Assembly (NCBI GenBank): GCA_964057225.1 | Contig: OZ059895.1 | Span: 17,546,001 to 17,610,000 of the forward strand | Direction: 5' to 3' | Origin: Auanema rhodensis | Taxonomy: Eukaryota; Animalia; Nematoda | Length of the DNA: 64,000 nucleotides | Shown here: positions 26,992 through 38,700 of the stretch, in pieces | How the letters are laid out: the number at the start of each line of letters is the position of its first letter | Numbering within the stretch: position 1 is the stretch's first letter | Notes under the pieces: generated by a model | Told to the model about the DNA's origin: nothing | Seen by the model: the letters and a program-made list of their open reading frames with translations, nothing else | The model's database searches: none | Position numbers and translations under genes: made by a program

Positions 26992-29900
26992 TTAAATAGC
27001 AGAATTCGTTACTATGCCCATAGAGCTTTCAAGTATTTGTTCCCGCAATCTCCAGAGTGCTTTAATAACATCTTCCTCGGGCACAACAGGATTACCGTTT
27101 CTTTGCTGAAATAAATCAAATACCAAATTAATTAATTTTAGCAAACATACTCTGATCCATTGTCCAGCAATAGGTTTCTTACTAGGAAACGTGTTTCTGG
27201 GATTCGCAACTAAGCTGCGATCAAAATTGCTGACAGTTCTTTGCCGATTTGAACCTAATGATTCAATATACCTGTAATAAACATATAAACTCTTCACAAA
27301 ACTAGAGTTGTTGAACCTGAGATATGTATCTGAATGCAAAACCCGTCGCGAAGTGAAAGTAGTAGGAGCATTAACGAAAACTGGCTCAGCTGTTGGAACC
27401 ATCTTAACAATTGTACGCCCTGGATCACCAATTTGAATGCTTTGAGTTGTTTGCATTTGTTGAGGTGGATGCTAGAACATTATTAATGACGAATACGTAA
27501 GTTTGTATTAAGAATAAAATACCTGTGGAGCAAAATGACTCGATGGCTGTGCAATATAAACTCCTGGAGGATGATGCGGTGTCTGAGGATGTGCCATTTG
27601 AGGAGCAGGTGCCTTAAAGAAACGATTAAAATTCTGTCCAATTCTCGCTGTTTACCTGATAGTGTTCACCGTTAACTTGATGAGCAGGATTATGACCATT
27701 TACCATAGCAACTTGAGCATGTTGAGCGTTACTTGGCGTAGTAGGAGGAGCTGGGGCTCGGCCGTATGGAACATGAATTAACTGATATGTCTAAATTAAA
27801 GTGTTGAATTCAGAAATTTAAGTGAACAAAATACTTCTCCGTTGCTAGTAGGAGTAGAAACTAATTTATAGAAATTACGTCCTATTTGATTTTGATACAC
27901 GTTTCTACTGGAATTTCCCAAGTGCTTTTCCTATAATATCAAAATTATAATACTAGCTACTTAAAGATCAACTCACTTTCATATGTCTGTGAAGTCTAGG
28001 TAACGACGGAAATGGCTTTCCATCTTTTCTATTCCGAACGCAGGTGTACCACATACAAACGTATTGGTTCTCACTATCCACTACAACATAATAAGTAATT
28101 TAAAAATAATACAAACACTTACATATAATCTGACTAGTATGATGTTGTACGATATGTTCAAATAGACCATTTTCTTGATCAAATTGTGAATCACAAAGAT
28201 GCCAACGACATTGATAAATACGGAATTGCCCAGGCTACATAAGAAAGAGTAAAAATTTAATATATCTAATAAATACCTGAAGCTGTTCTTTAACTAAAGC
28301 GCGAGCCGCCTCTTGCTTTGCACGCTCACTAGCGATATACTCCGCACGGACCTCATATTGTCTCTTCTGATCTTCAGACAATTTTTTCCACTTAACATTT
28401 GAACGTAATGTTGCAAACAGAAAAATTGTCTCACCTCGATTCCAACTATCTTCGATACTTCTCCGAAACCTGCTTCTGGATTCTCATGCATAATACGTTT
28501 TCTGATCTCCGCAGAAAACAATATATACCCAGATTTGCTCTTAGCTGTGAGTTTCGGTTGGGCGGCCAGCCAATTATTTACCTCAGCCTGACATGAAATA
28601 AATTAGAACTAAAAATATGTACCTCCATACCTTATTACTAGTAGAAGATTCTGCGCCATCGGATTCATTATCATCCAGCATTTCAATATCTAGAGGGTCT
28701 ATTGGTACTGCTATATCATTTTTGAGAAGTGGTGACATTTCCTACAATACTCGAATATTTAAAATAGTTATTTTGAATATTTGTGCATTTGAAAATTACA
28801 AAAATATGAGAACTCTTTTGAGAAAAAAATAAGCTTCTCACCTTCTCCATTGCTATTGAGCTTTTGAATCTATAGAGTTCTGCATCCACAACAAGAACTC
28901 CGTTTTTGTAAGTCTGAAAGTATTAATATCAAATATTAAAAGGGAAAGAACGACATGAAAAAAGAAATAAATGAGATAGTGCAATCATCTCAAAGACAGC
29001 AGCGCGCTAACACCAAACGTGTCACACATGGCTACTTCTGGTCACTGAGACGTGATAACAAACGCGTCTAAAGTTTCCATGCTGCAGGGAGAGATCCCTG
29101 GAGCCCAGGCTGAACTCGCGTAACCGGCAGCGCGTTCCCGTGCCGGCGGAACGGCGACGCCAGTTTTCGCGGCGACATGTCGACGCGACAATCGCAGCAA
29201 CAGCAGACACAACAATGTGTCGCTGCAGCGCGTGTAGAATCGCTGCAGCGACCGCCCGTCAGGAGCCAAGCGCATCTACGCTGTTTGGGGCCGACGCTAT
29301 CTTCTAGTTTAATGCTATATCGCTGTTCTGGTGACGCCCGCCGTCTCTCAGAGAAGCTATATCTCTTGCTGGCGATCTGTGCCACGCTCTATTCACACAG
29401 AACGTTCTATGTGACCTCGTGCTCTGCGCTCTCTCATATGTTCATTATCTATGCCGACCTGACTCGCAATCGATGGCCTATCGGGCAAACATAAGGCGCG
29501 GAAAAATTATTCTCTATGCGTAAGATGATGTTATGCGTCTCTGTATTTAGTCCAAAATTTCATAATTCTATGAAGACTAATAAACTTATTGGTTCTAGTA
29601 TGACTTTTTTCACATTTTATCAAAAAAGAAGCATACTTTAAAAAAAAATCTAGCAAAATGGAAAGAGGAAATGCTGGAAAAATATCAAGCCTTGACTCAT
29701 AAATTAAATATGCATATACGACAGATGTTAGATCGAAGTGCATCATACTATTCAACCCATCAAAGAAAGACCCATATATTTAGATTGAACGCAGATTGCC
29801 AAATATTAAAACTACAATAAATACTCATAAATGCTTACCTTTAACCGTCTCAAAGGGCTAACAAAATCAATATGCATTGGCTCCCCTGTTGGCATCTTTT

Positions 29901-32900
29901 CTTCTTCATCAGGGGTTTGATTGACCTAAATTCCACATTTAGCTAAATCTTATTGAATTTTCAATTACTGGATAATGAGTGAAAAGGCAAGAGTGTTCAC
30001 CCTTCGGAAGCGGCATTCCATTTACTCTTGATTCGCAAACAAACACATCACACTCAGGAATTTCAGTTGGGCGTTCTGTACATAGAATATTAGTTATACA
30101 ATTTTTTTAAACTCAATACCTTTAACATAATCCTTGCTTTGAAGTACTGCGCAGTGATTTTGAATATCTTCCACACGACGAGATTGATCAGGCTGATTAA
30201 CAGCAAACACTTCACGTCTATAGAACATACGACCCGAATCATGTTTGATGTCAGAAGGTCTAGCAAACCATCCTCCACTGAACCATTCACTACCACTAAA
30301 GATAACATTTGAAAAAGGTTAAATTTACTGACACATACTCCTTATCACGCCAAAGCTTGTCCACTCTCATAACATCACAGTAAGGCTTATTAGGGTTGAA
30401 AACTAGAACAAAATCTCCGCAAGCATAATGCTTTCCCGCTTTAGTCCTCATTTGAACTAAATACGTGCGTCCATCAGCGTCAGCTTCGCCGTTCTTTACT
30501 GGGACCTCCGGTCTATCAATATCTAGAAAAACATATTCCCGAAGTCTATCATCTTCTTCCGTGCTTGACGTGGAAGTAATAGATGATTGCTGAAACAACA
30601 CAAATAACGAAAATTCTTTTCTAATTAAAAAACATCTTCTGGTTCAGTCTTTCCAACAAATTCACTAGCAATACGAACTGGAGAAAGAGCTCTTTCACGT
30701 GGACTAATATCTAGCTTTTCCTCTTCTTCCACATACATCCATGTCTGTTAGATTATTGATAAGTAAAGCAACATTAATGCAATCTTACTTTGGATTTTAC
30801 AAAATATCTGGGCTTTCCGAAATATCTTGATTCGCAAACATAAATATCTTTTTCGTCAAAGTTATTAACCGTGTTCGAAAGATACGTTTTCAAGGAGATC
30901 ACCTAAAATTAAATATTAATGAAAGCGAAAAAGCAAAATGTATAACGTACCATACACTTTCCTAGCAAGCGCTCTGGGGCAACGAGATCTTGGAACGGAG
31001 TAACGAACACTTCGTTCTCAAAGAATTTCCGGCTCGAGAGATGCAAGGTTTCATAAGGTCGGTAAACCCAAACACCTTTAACCATTGGTTCACCGTTTTC
31101 ATTTCTAAAAAGAAATCTCTTTATCATGCTAGTATTCAAGATATATTACTTGAAAACACGTTCAATTCTCATAATATGAGGTAGTAACTTCGTATTATCA
31201 TCAGTTCTTGCAACGTAAACATAGCATGGAGCAGCATATTCAATGGAATTGACAGTAACAGATGGTAAGTCTTCTTCACCATCTCGGTTGGCAATTTCGT
31301 CGGCACTTTCTCTACGATCGGATTCAATCGTCTCTCCTGCATGAATTCTACGCTTTTTGGTTTTTTCAGCTTCTTCAAGTACATTCTAGAACAAACTATA
31401 TCAAAAGAGTAATATAAAAAAAAACGAACGTTTTCAATAACTATGAAAGCGTCTGATACTAATATATTCCTGCACTGAGCATCACGCTCACGGATAAAAA
31501 CTAGTTGTAATTCGGTGGCATCTTCAAACAACTTTGAACCTAGCTTAGCATATTCTCTGGCTTTCTCAAAAAGGTCGAAGAAATCTTTTTGGAACCTATC
31601 GAGGCGACGATATCGACACTTAAATAATAATATAAATATATTTACAATGCAAGGAAGTTAGGAATGTATGTATTGAATAGGAAAAAAATGTATTTTCTTA
31701 CCTTCTCTATATTACGCTTGATTTGATCGAAGGAAAAGGGCCACTCATCGGCAGGGATTCCTTTACTTTTCAAAATATCAGGTAATTCATTAAATGAATC
31801 ACTATGGCAATTGCCTTCTCTATCTTTCTTGGTGAAAACATTATGGAATATATTAGTAAAAAGCGATCTAATCTCTACTTGAACGCGAGGCATAGTGTCT
31901 TCAGAAGCACCCAACTCCATTTTTTTCTCTAGGAGAACTCTTTGGAGCGATACAGCATCCTTAAATCGACTAATTAATTTTATAAGAAGGACTTTGAAAC
32001 CTTGTATATAGAGCTGTCAGTTTCATTATATTTACATGCATTATCTAACATCAGAGATAAATCAGCTACCATGTCGACCCAAGAAGCATAGCCCATACTA
32101 TTCAATCGTTGTTGTATTCGTTGAAGATCCATTGGTTTTTTGATAATTTCATAATATTTGGGGTATTCCTATTGAAAATCGAGAATGCAATAAAGGTTTC
32201 AAAATCATACCTCGCGTGTCGGAAGCTTGAAAAAGGCAGTAGACAATTTGCGACTATCTTCATCCCGATAATCCTTGATGTAATTAAACAAGCGCCACAT
32301 GCGCTGTTGGTCTGGTGGAAGTCTATTAATCATTTCTTCAAGTTTTTTATCGGAACCCTTGTAAGAACCCTTAAGATTCCTGAGATGGGAAGGTGTTCTA
32401 AAAAAAAACTTTAGTTATGTATTATTTTACTTTTTATTATTTTATCAATCCAAATATAACTCACCCGATTTTGCCTTTAAGCAGCGGATTATCGAATGGA
32501 ACAATTTTGGCATATTGTGCCAGAATCATTATTTCCAATCGCTTTGCATCTTCGTAGATTTCCGAACCAGGTTCGTTATATGTTTTAGCATTCGTAAACA
32601 GAGCTTTCATATCGTTCATAAAATGAGTAGAAGAATCATACTAAAAATATCGTGATCTGAAAGTATTTTAAAAACGCAAACCTTATTATTTTCAATTCTA
32701 TCGCGAATTTGAGTTAAATCAATAGGAACTTTTATTACATCATAATAATCCGGATAAGCCTTTCTTGAGGGGAGTTCAACGAATGCCCCACCGGGCCAGT
32801 AGCCATCAGAATCCTGTTAATACGAGAAGATAATACGAATTAGTAAGACATTAACAAACATCCTTAAAATCGTGTACGACCGACCAAAGAGCAACGAGTT

Positions 32901-35004
32901 GAGATTTGTATCTAGTTACCAATTCATCCATACTTTTCCTTCCTGGTTTACCAGGTGCAGGGGTGTCAGCTCCTGTTTTTTTAGGAGATCTTGGCTTTCT
33001 TTTGGGTGGCGGTGGTGGAGTTCCCTGAAAACAAGCGGTATTTTGAGTATATAATCTAATTAATTACCTTCTCGTCATCACTAGTTTCAATTTCAGTCTT
33101 TGGCTTTGGTGGGCGGCCCAATTTTGTACGTTCACCAGTTTTAGACTTAAGCTTCTTTTCATATGCAGAAAGATCAAGAGAAGGATCAAGTTCATGTGTT
33201 TTTAGAATTGCCAGTTCTTCGAGTTTTCTAGCAGCATTATAATACTCCGAACCTTCAATGTTATACTCACAAGCATTTTCAAAGACCTATAATTTTAATT
33301 TTAAAAATGCTCATATTATAGTTATTGACCAAAATAAAATCCTTGAAAAGATCCATAAGAGAAGCGTAGTGACTATTCTTCATTCGTTTGTTAATCATAA
33401 AGATAGACATAGGTGACTTTATGTCTTCATAATAGTCAGGATATTCGCTGAAAAAATACGTATTTGACAATTTTATTCAAAAAAACTCACTCTTTACTAG
33501 GCAGTTCTAAGAAAGGATCACATAAAACAACGCCTTCTTCTGTTGTATCGGGTTCATTACGAAGATGCCAATAAAGTTGCCATCTCGAGTCAGTGCTTTC
33601 TTCACTTGCTTCGTCCTCTTCGTGATCCTCAAGCCGAGAATCTACCAAAGTGGGTGGGCTCTCCGCCAAAAGAGCATCAACAATCCTTACAACTTTCTCA
33701 CGTCTGAAAGAAACTTATTAAATAGTTACCAACTCGTTATCAAATACCGTTTCGCATGAACACCTTTCTCCTGAACTTGCAAACTTTTTTCTTTAAAATA
33801 TTCCAGTAGAGTGGAGGCATCTTTATAAAGATCGCTACCTTTTCCATAGAATTGCTATAAAAAAACATTAGTTCCAGAAAACAACCACGGCACATACTTG
33901 AGTGTTTTTGCATAAAAGTCGAACATCGGCTTCCAAATCAAGCATTATTTTATATACTCCAGAACGAGCTTTCTCGGCTATTTTTTTTAAATCAATAGGA
34001 TTCTTAATTTTTTCATAATATTCAGAAAAGTCCTGTAAATGTGTTGATCACAATATAGCAAAATTTTTGAAAAACGCCAGGAAACAAAAATACCTCTTTA
34101 GCCTGAAGAACCTTAAAGGGTGGTGATATTAGCTTTCCTGAGCTATCAGTGAACTCAAGCATTGCACAAAGTATATCATCTATCTGTGAATGAAATCAAT
34201 ATCTAGTGAATAAAACGAAACTTAACATACATTAATGAGCTCTAACATTTCTGGAGAAGCCGTAGCTTCACGAGATGTACCAGCACCTACTCCAGAAGAT
34301 ATAGAACTAAAAAAATTTTAATGTATAAGAATACAAACTAAAACAAATTACCGAGCTTCAATACTAGATCCGGCGTTACTCTCAATATCATCAACGTCTC
34401 TCTCTTCCGACACCAGTGGAATGCCGTTTTCAACTTTTTCCTTAGCTTCTTTGTATATTTTCATCAGAGCTAGTGCATCACGATATTCTACACTATCAAC
34501 CTTAATAAATTTTAAATTTAGTCAAAAAATAGATTTCTAGTGTACCTTATAATATGCTTGAGTATTCTCAACAAGTAACTCTAGATCTTTACAAAATTGA
34601 TCAAAAGTATGATATTCTTCGTTTTTAAGTTTCTGTTGGATTCTTGTGAGATCAATAGGTGATTTGACAGTTTTGTAATATTCCGGTTCAGTTCTGTAAA
34701 ACACCACTTTAAGAAGTCTTCTCACTACCGTATACCTTCGCGAAGGCGTTCTGATAAAATGCTCTGTAATCTCACGATTCTCTTCTCCACGATGCTGTCT
34801 TAAGACATTAAATAGACCACGAGCTTTTTTAAGCTAAACATAATAAAACATAAAAGTATGTATTCAAGTTTAAGCCATTACCTCCTCCGCAATCTTGTGT
34901 TTTTCCTCAAAAGAGAATCTCCCCTTTCTCTTTTTCATAGCGGGTGTTCCTACAGGAGGTGAATTTTCCACAGCCTCACTGAGGCGCTTTCTTTTAGTAC
35001 TCAT
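26992..35004 (-). CDS. pbrm-1: Polybromo-1 (PBAF subunit): bromodomains, two BAH domains, HMG box, C2H2-type fingers
   Basis: Repeated bromo motifs (PEYYKTVKSPIDL, YPDYYEDIKSPMSI, YPDYYDVIKVPIDL), BAH (GVWVYRPYETLH; CGDFVLV), HMG (SGYILFSAEIRKRIMHENPEAGFGEVSKIVGIEW), C-terminal RVLHSDTYLRYIESL and ALWRLRE. Confidence 0.96.
28970..29506 (-). other. GC/CpG-rich hairpin-rich island in the 925-nt pbrm-1 intron (28914-29838); structured ncRNA or internal promoter
   Basis: Sharp GC rise against AT-rich flanks; several inverted repeats; E2F-like sites; not part of the pbrm-1 reading frame. Identity unresolved. Confidence 0.55.
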
Positions 35005-35716
35005 GAACACCTTCAATTATAAAAATGAGATGAAAAAAGTATAAACACAATAATATTCAGAGATGTAATAGCAAAACGATGATTTATCCAGATTCACTCT
35101 CTAGTTCAAACTTGACTCAAAAAAATACTAGCGGGAGAAAGCAAGCAAAGGCGTCTAGTGGACGAACGCCAAGAGAGAGCGCATTTCAAGAGGCACCAGA
35201 GACAGCGCGAAGCGAATACACTGAAAATGCGTCCGGGTCACCCAAGCCAGCGCCCTCATCAATAAATCGATTCTTAACTTCAAAAACTGTCTGCTACAGA
35301 GGTAAGATATTTCAATTTTGTTATGAAAAAAAATAATTTTTTGAAAAAAGCCAAATTACATGTGCGGAAAAGTCAAATAGCAAGATTGAGATAATTTATG
35401 TATTCTCGTAAGTCCTAATGGCTATATATCAGTTTATAACAATCGTACACTATCAGAAATATACCATAAAGTTTTAAACTTACAAAAATTACATTACATA
35501 TTCAAAACGGGATCACGCTAAGTGTTAGCGCGAAATTTCTTTATTCAAAAATAGCTGACGCATAACTGGTGTGTTTTCCCGCCTCTATTGCGCCATAGTA
35601 CTGTAGAAATCGAGCGTTCTTTCTATTTCCGTATTACCTTTATGTCCCAAGTAAAAAATATATTCTGGTGAAAATAATGATAAAAAAAAGGGTGTTATAG
35701 ATAGAGACATGTGAAA
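35005..35716. promoter_or_regulatory. Divergent promoter region for pbrm-1 and the ARMC5-like gene
   Basis: Head-to-head ATGs (35004 and 35717); CpG-rich patches; E2F-like GCGCGAAA (about 35528) and TTTTCCCGCC (35574-35583). Confidence 0.7.
35580..35606 (+). promoter_or_regulatory. Paired promoter motif CGCCTCTA-N11-TACTGTAG
   Basis: About 110 nt upstream of the ARMC5-like ATG; same geometry as 41744-41770; resembles the C. elegans germline m1/m2 motif pair. Confidence 0.55.
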
Positions 35717-38700
35717 ATGGAAGCAAAAAGGATCAAGCTTTCACCTTCTACAACGAGCTCTAGTCAATCAAGCAGCAATTCACCCGCTCACCCGTCTTAT
35801 CCATCACCGTCATGCGATCGGACTTATGACCTTGGAGATGAGGAAAAATTAAAAACTTTTATAAAAAATTTAAGACGTCAATTAAGTAATAAACAGAACA
35901 TCATTCTTTTCTTGAAGAAAAGTGATGGTCGATTTAAGATACTTGTGGACATCTTCGTGCGCACAGCGAATGATTTGGGAAGTACCAGGTTTGGTTATGT
36001 TGACCTCCTACTGATGACATTCTTATACAGCCCTAATGAACCACCTGTTCATCTTAAAGATGTTACAAGTCTCATAGCCAATTGCTGTAATTACTCAGTA
36101 GCTGCTTGCTTGGAATTGAAACAACCTCACCTACGTTTTAGTTATGTGGCAGGTGCCCAAAATTATTATCACAAAAAATAAAAAATCCTCTAAATTTCAG
36201 TGAAAATTCTGGAAAGTTCTGCAGCTCCTATTGAATGTAAGCATTCTTTAATAAGAATGGTAGCAAACATGTGTGCTCACAAAGTAAAATAATAGATAAA
36301 TAAGTCTTTCTCACTTAAACACTTTTTTAGGAGACAGCCTTGTTTATTTCGTCGTCATCAGCATTGGTAGATAAGATTTCACAATTCTTAGTGAATGAAA
36401 ATCCTGATATAACAAAGCAATCACTGAGAGTTCTACGACTATTATCTGAAGCATCCTTCACACGGGTACGTTCCCCAACAATACTAGATATGTTTTCAAA
36501 TTTATTCAAGTTTAATAGCTTTAAAAAAATACAAGAAGCCAATCGGAATAAGATACTTTCGGAATGCGTGCTAAATGTACGACTAATTTCTATATACAAA
36601 TTGTGAATATCTGTGCCAACCAGTAAACAAAAATCTGAGGTATATATGAAACAAATATTGGGGAAAAGTTATGCATTATGTGCTGGGCTGAACTTGTATG
36701 ATAAGAGCTTCGGATATTTAACAGTGTTTTCTTGGTTGAAAGACCTGATTGGTACTTCTCATGTGAGACGGAATACGTTGATGGTGGATGTGTTGATGTT
36801 GTGGCATTAGCTTGTCGTGGCTCATCTTAACAGCAGTTGTTGGATAGCAACGGTCCATCTATAAATACAAACTATGACTTGAGTTTTAACATTACGGGAA
36901 TCACCTGTCCGGGAAGTCCCGCATCTTTTTCCAAATCCTTGATTGCCTCATCAGAACTTTCCGAGGAAGTTCTTTCGTTTTCTGAAACTCGGCGATCCTA
37001 AACAACAATAATATAAAATAAAATACAGATTAACAACTTACTTTTTTGTTCATCACTCTTCTACCTCCGACCTTAGTAGCCGGAAGATGACCCCCCTTAA
37101 GTTCATGATCGAGTTCCAATGCCATTTCTAAATTTCTACTTATATAGTATATATTTTCATTTCTAAATAAATATAGCAAGAACAGAATTAAAACTGTAGA
37201 AATTCTGAAACAATTGGCCAGGCACTAATTTTGTTAGCACTGGAAGTATTAACAAAGCGAGATAGACTTCTTTCCAGGTTTTGTATAAATTGACATAGGA
37301 GTTAACTGAGCTAAAAGAGAGGCAGATGGGTGCTCTACTAGACAAACATTTCAGAGTTATTTAGGATAGAGAGACGGACTGTAACTGTAGAAAATATAAC
37401 AAACATGTTTTTCAATTTCAGCTTTTCGAGCCGAATTTGAATCAATAATTCGATTCACATGTTGCCGGTAAATAGATAAAGGGAATCAGCCTAATTAAAA
37501 AAAAACAATTTTTTTTGTTTTTAGGTCATAATTTACTCGCGAAAATGTGTTGAAGAAATGTGATTACATTTTTTATCCAGGGAAGTGAAAGGTACATGCC
37601 AAAAGCATGACAGTCTCCTGATGGGTAAAAGTGTGAGTGTTGCCAGAAGGGCTGGTCGTTACAATCGAAGCGATTACTTTGTAGATGTAGAATGGAGTAA
37701 TCGAGTGACAGAGAGAGAGAGGATGTTGGAGAGAAAGCCCGAACACTGGAGAAAGCTAGTGTGAGACACATAGTCTAGCAGTCATGTGGTCGGACAGACG
37801 TAAACAAGGTTGAGACAGCGTCGAATGGCAAGGAGAGTAGAGTCGTATGGCAGGAATAGAGAGGAAAATTGAACAAAGCATCGTTCTCAAAACAAGGAGT
37901 GTTCGTTGTTATGTTGTAGTACAAGAAAAAAAAAGAATAACGAAATATGAATATGAACTTATTATCAGAATAAAAAAAATGGAACTTTCAAATGAATAGT
38001 TTCTAAATTACTGAATAGATATTATAGGTTCTTATACTCTCGAATGCTGGTTTCTATTTGGGAAAATTGTTCGCAGATGAAGATTCAAAATATTTAAAAG
38101 AAGTCACAGCGCTTCTCAGTAGAATGTGCGTACGTTATGTTGCAGACACAGGACGTCAGCTAGCATCGAGGTAATTTGTTTTTATAGAAAGAGATTGTTG
38201 ACAAAACGATGAGCTCAGCAGTACAAACAGGGTAACACAGGGAGGAGAACAAAGAATTGGTTCAGTTCTGCCTACCCTACCAGTTTTATACGCCTGGGGA
38301 GTGGCGATAGTCACATGTCCTATGATCCACTAGCCAATAATGTTTATGAAATCATCAGGCCGAAAGTAGAGATATGAAAAACAGAAATGTATTGAAATCG
38401 GGATGACTAATTCAATCAAAAGAAATATGCCGAAATACACGATGTCGATATTCCAACGGAACATCTGACTTCATTATCCGATAACCTTAGAGAATCTGTT
38501 CAACCATGTTTTGATGATTTTTTTATCAATTTCTTATCATCACATGACTTACATAAAAAGTAATCACTGTACGTTTCAGTGATTGTTCAAACCGATTAGT
38601 ATCGCTAATTTTTTCTAATGAAAACGACAAAATAAAAACATTAATTGTTCAATTATGCCAAGGATCGAGTGATATTCGAGACAGGTTTGTTAGTGAAGGT

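Noticed and set aside
27865-27900. Apparent tiny intron in pbrm-1
   Set aside because: Reads through in frame (RNVYQNQIGRNFYKLVS); removing it breaks the frame.
29022-29494. Four overlapping ORFs in the GC island
   Set aside because: Expected from stop-codon depletion at high GC; no family motifs.
28970-29506. Telomerase RNA, RNase P/MRP or SRP identity for the island
   Set aside because: No GCCUAA-type template of about 1.5 repeats; P4 motifs only weakly approximated; no SRP helix 8 motif.
36890-36925. GGGAAGTCCCG resembling an RNase MRP/P conserved region
   Set aside because: It is the reverse complement of DAP1 coding exon 2.
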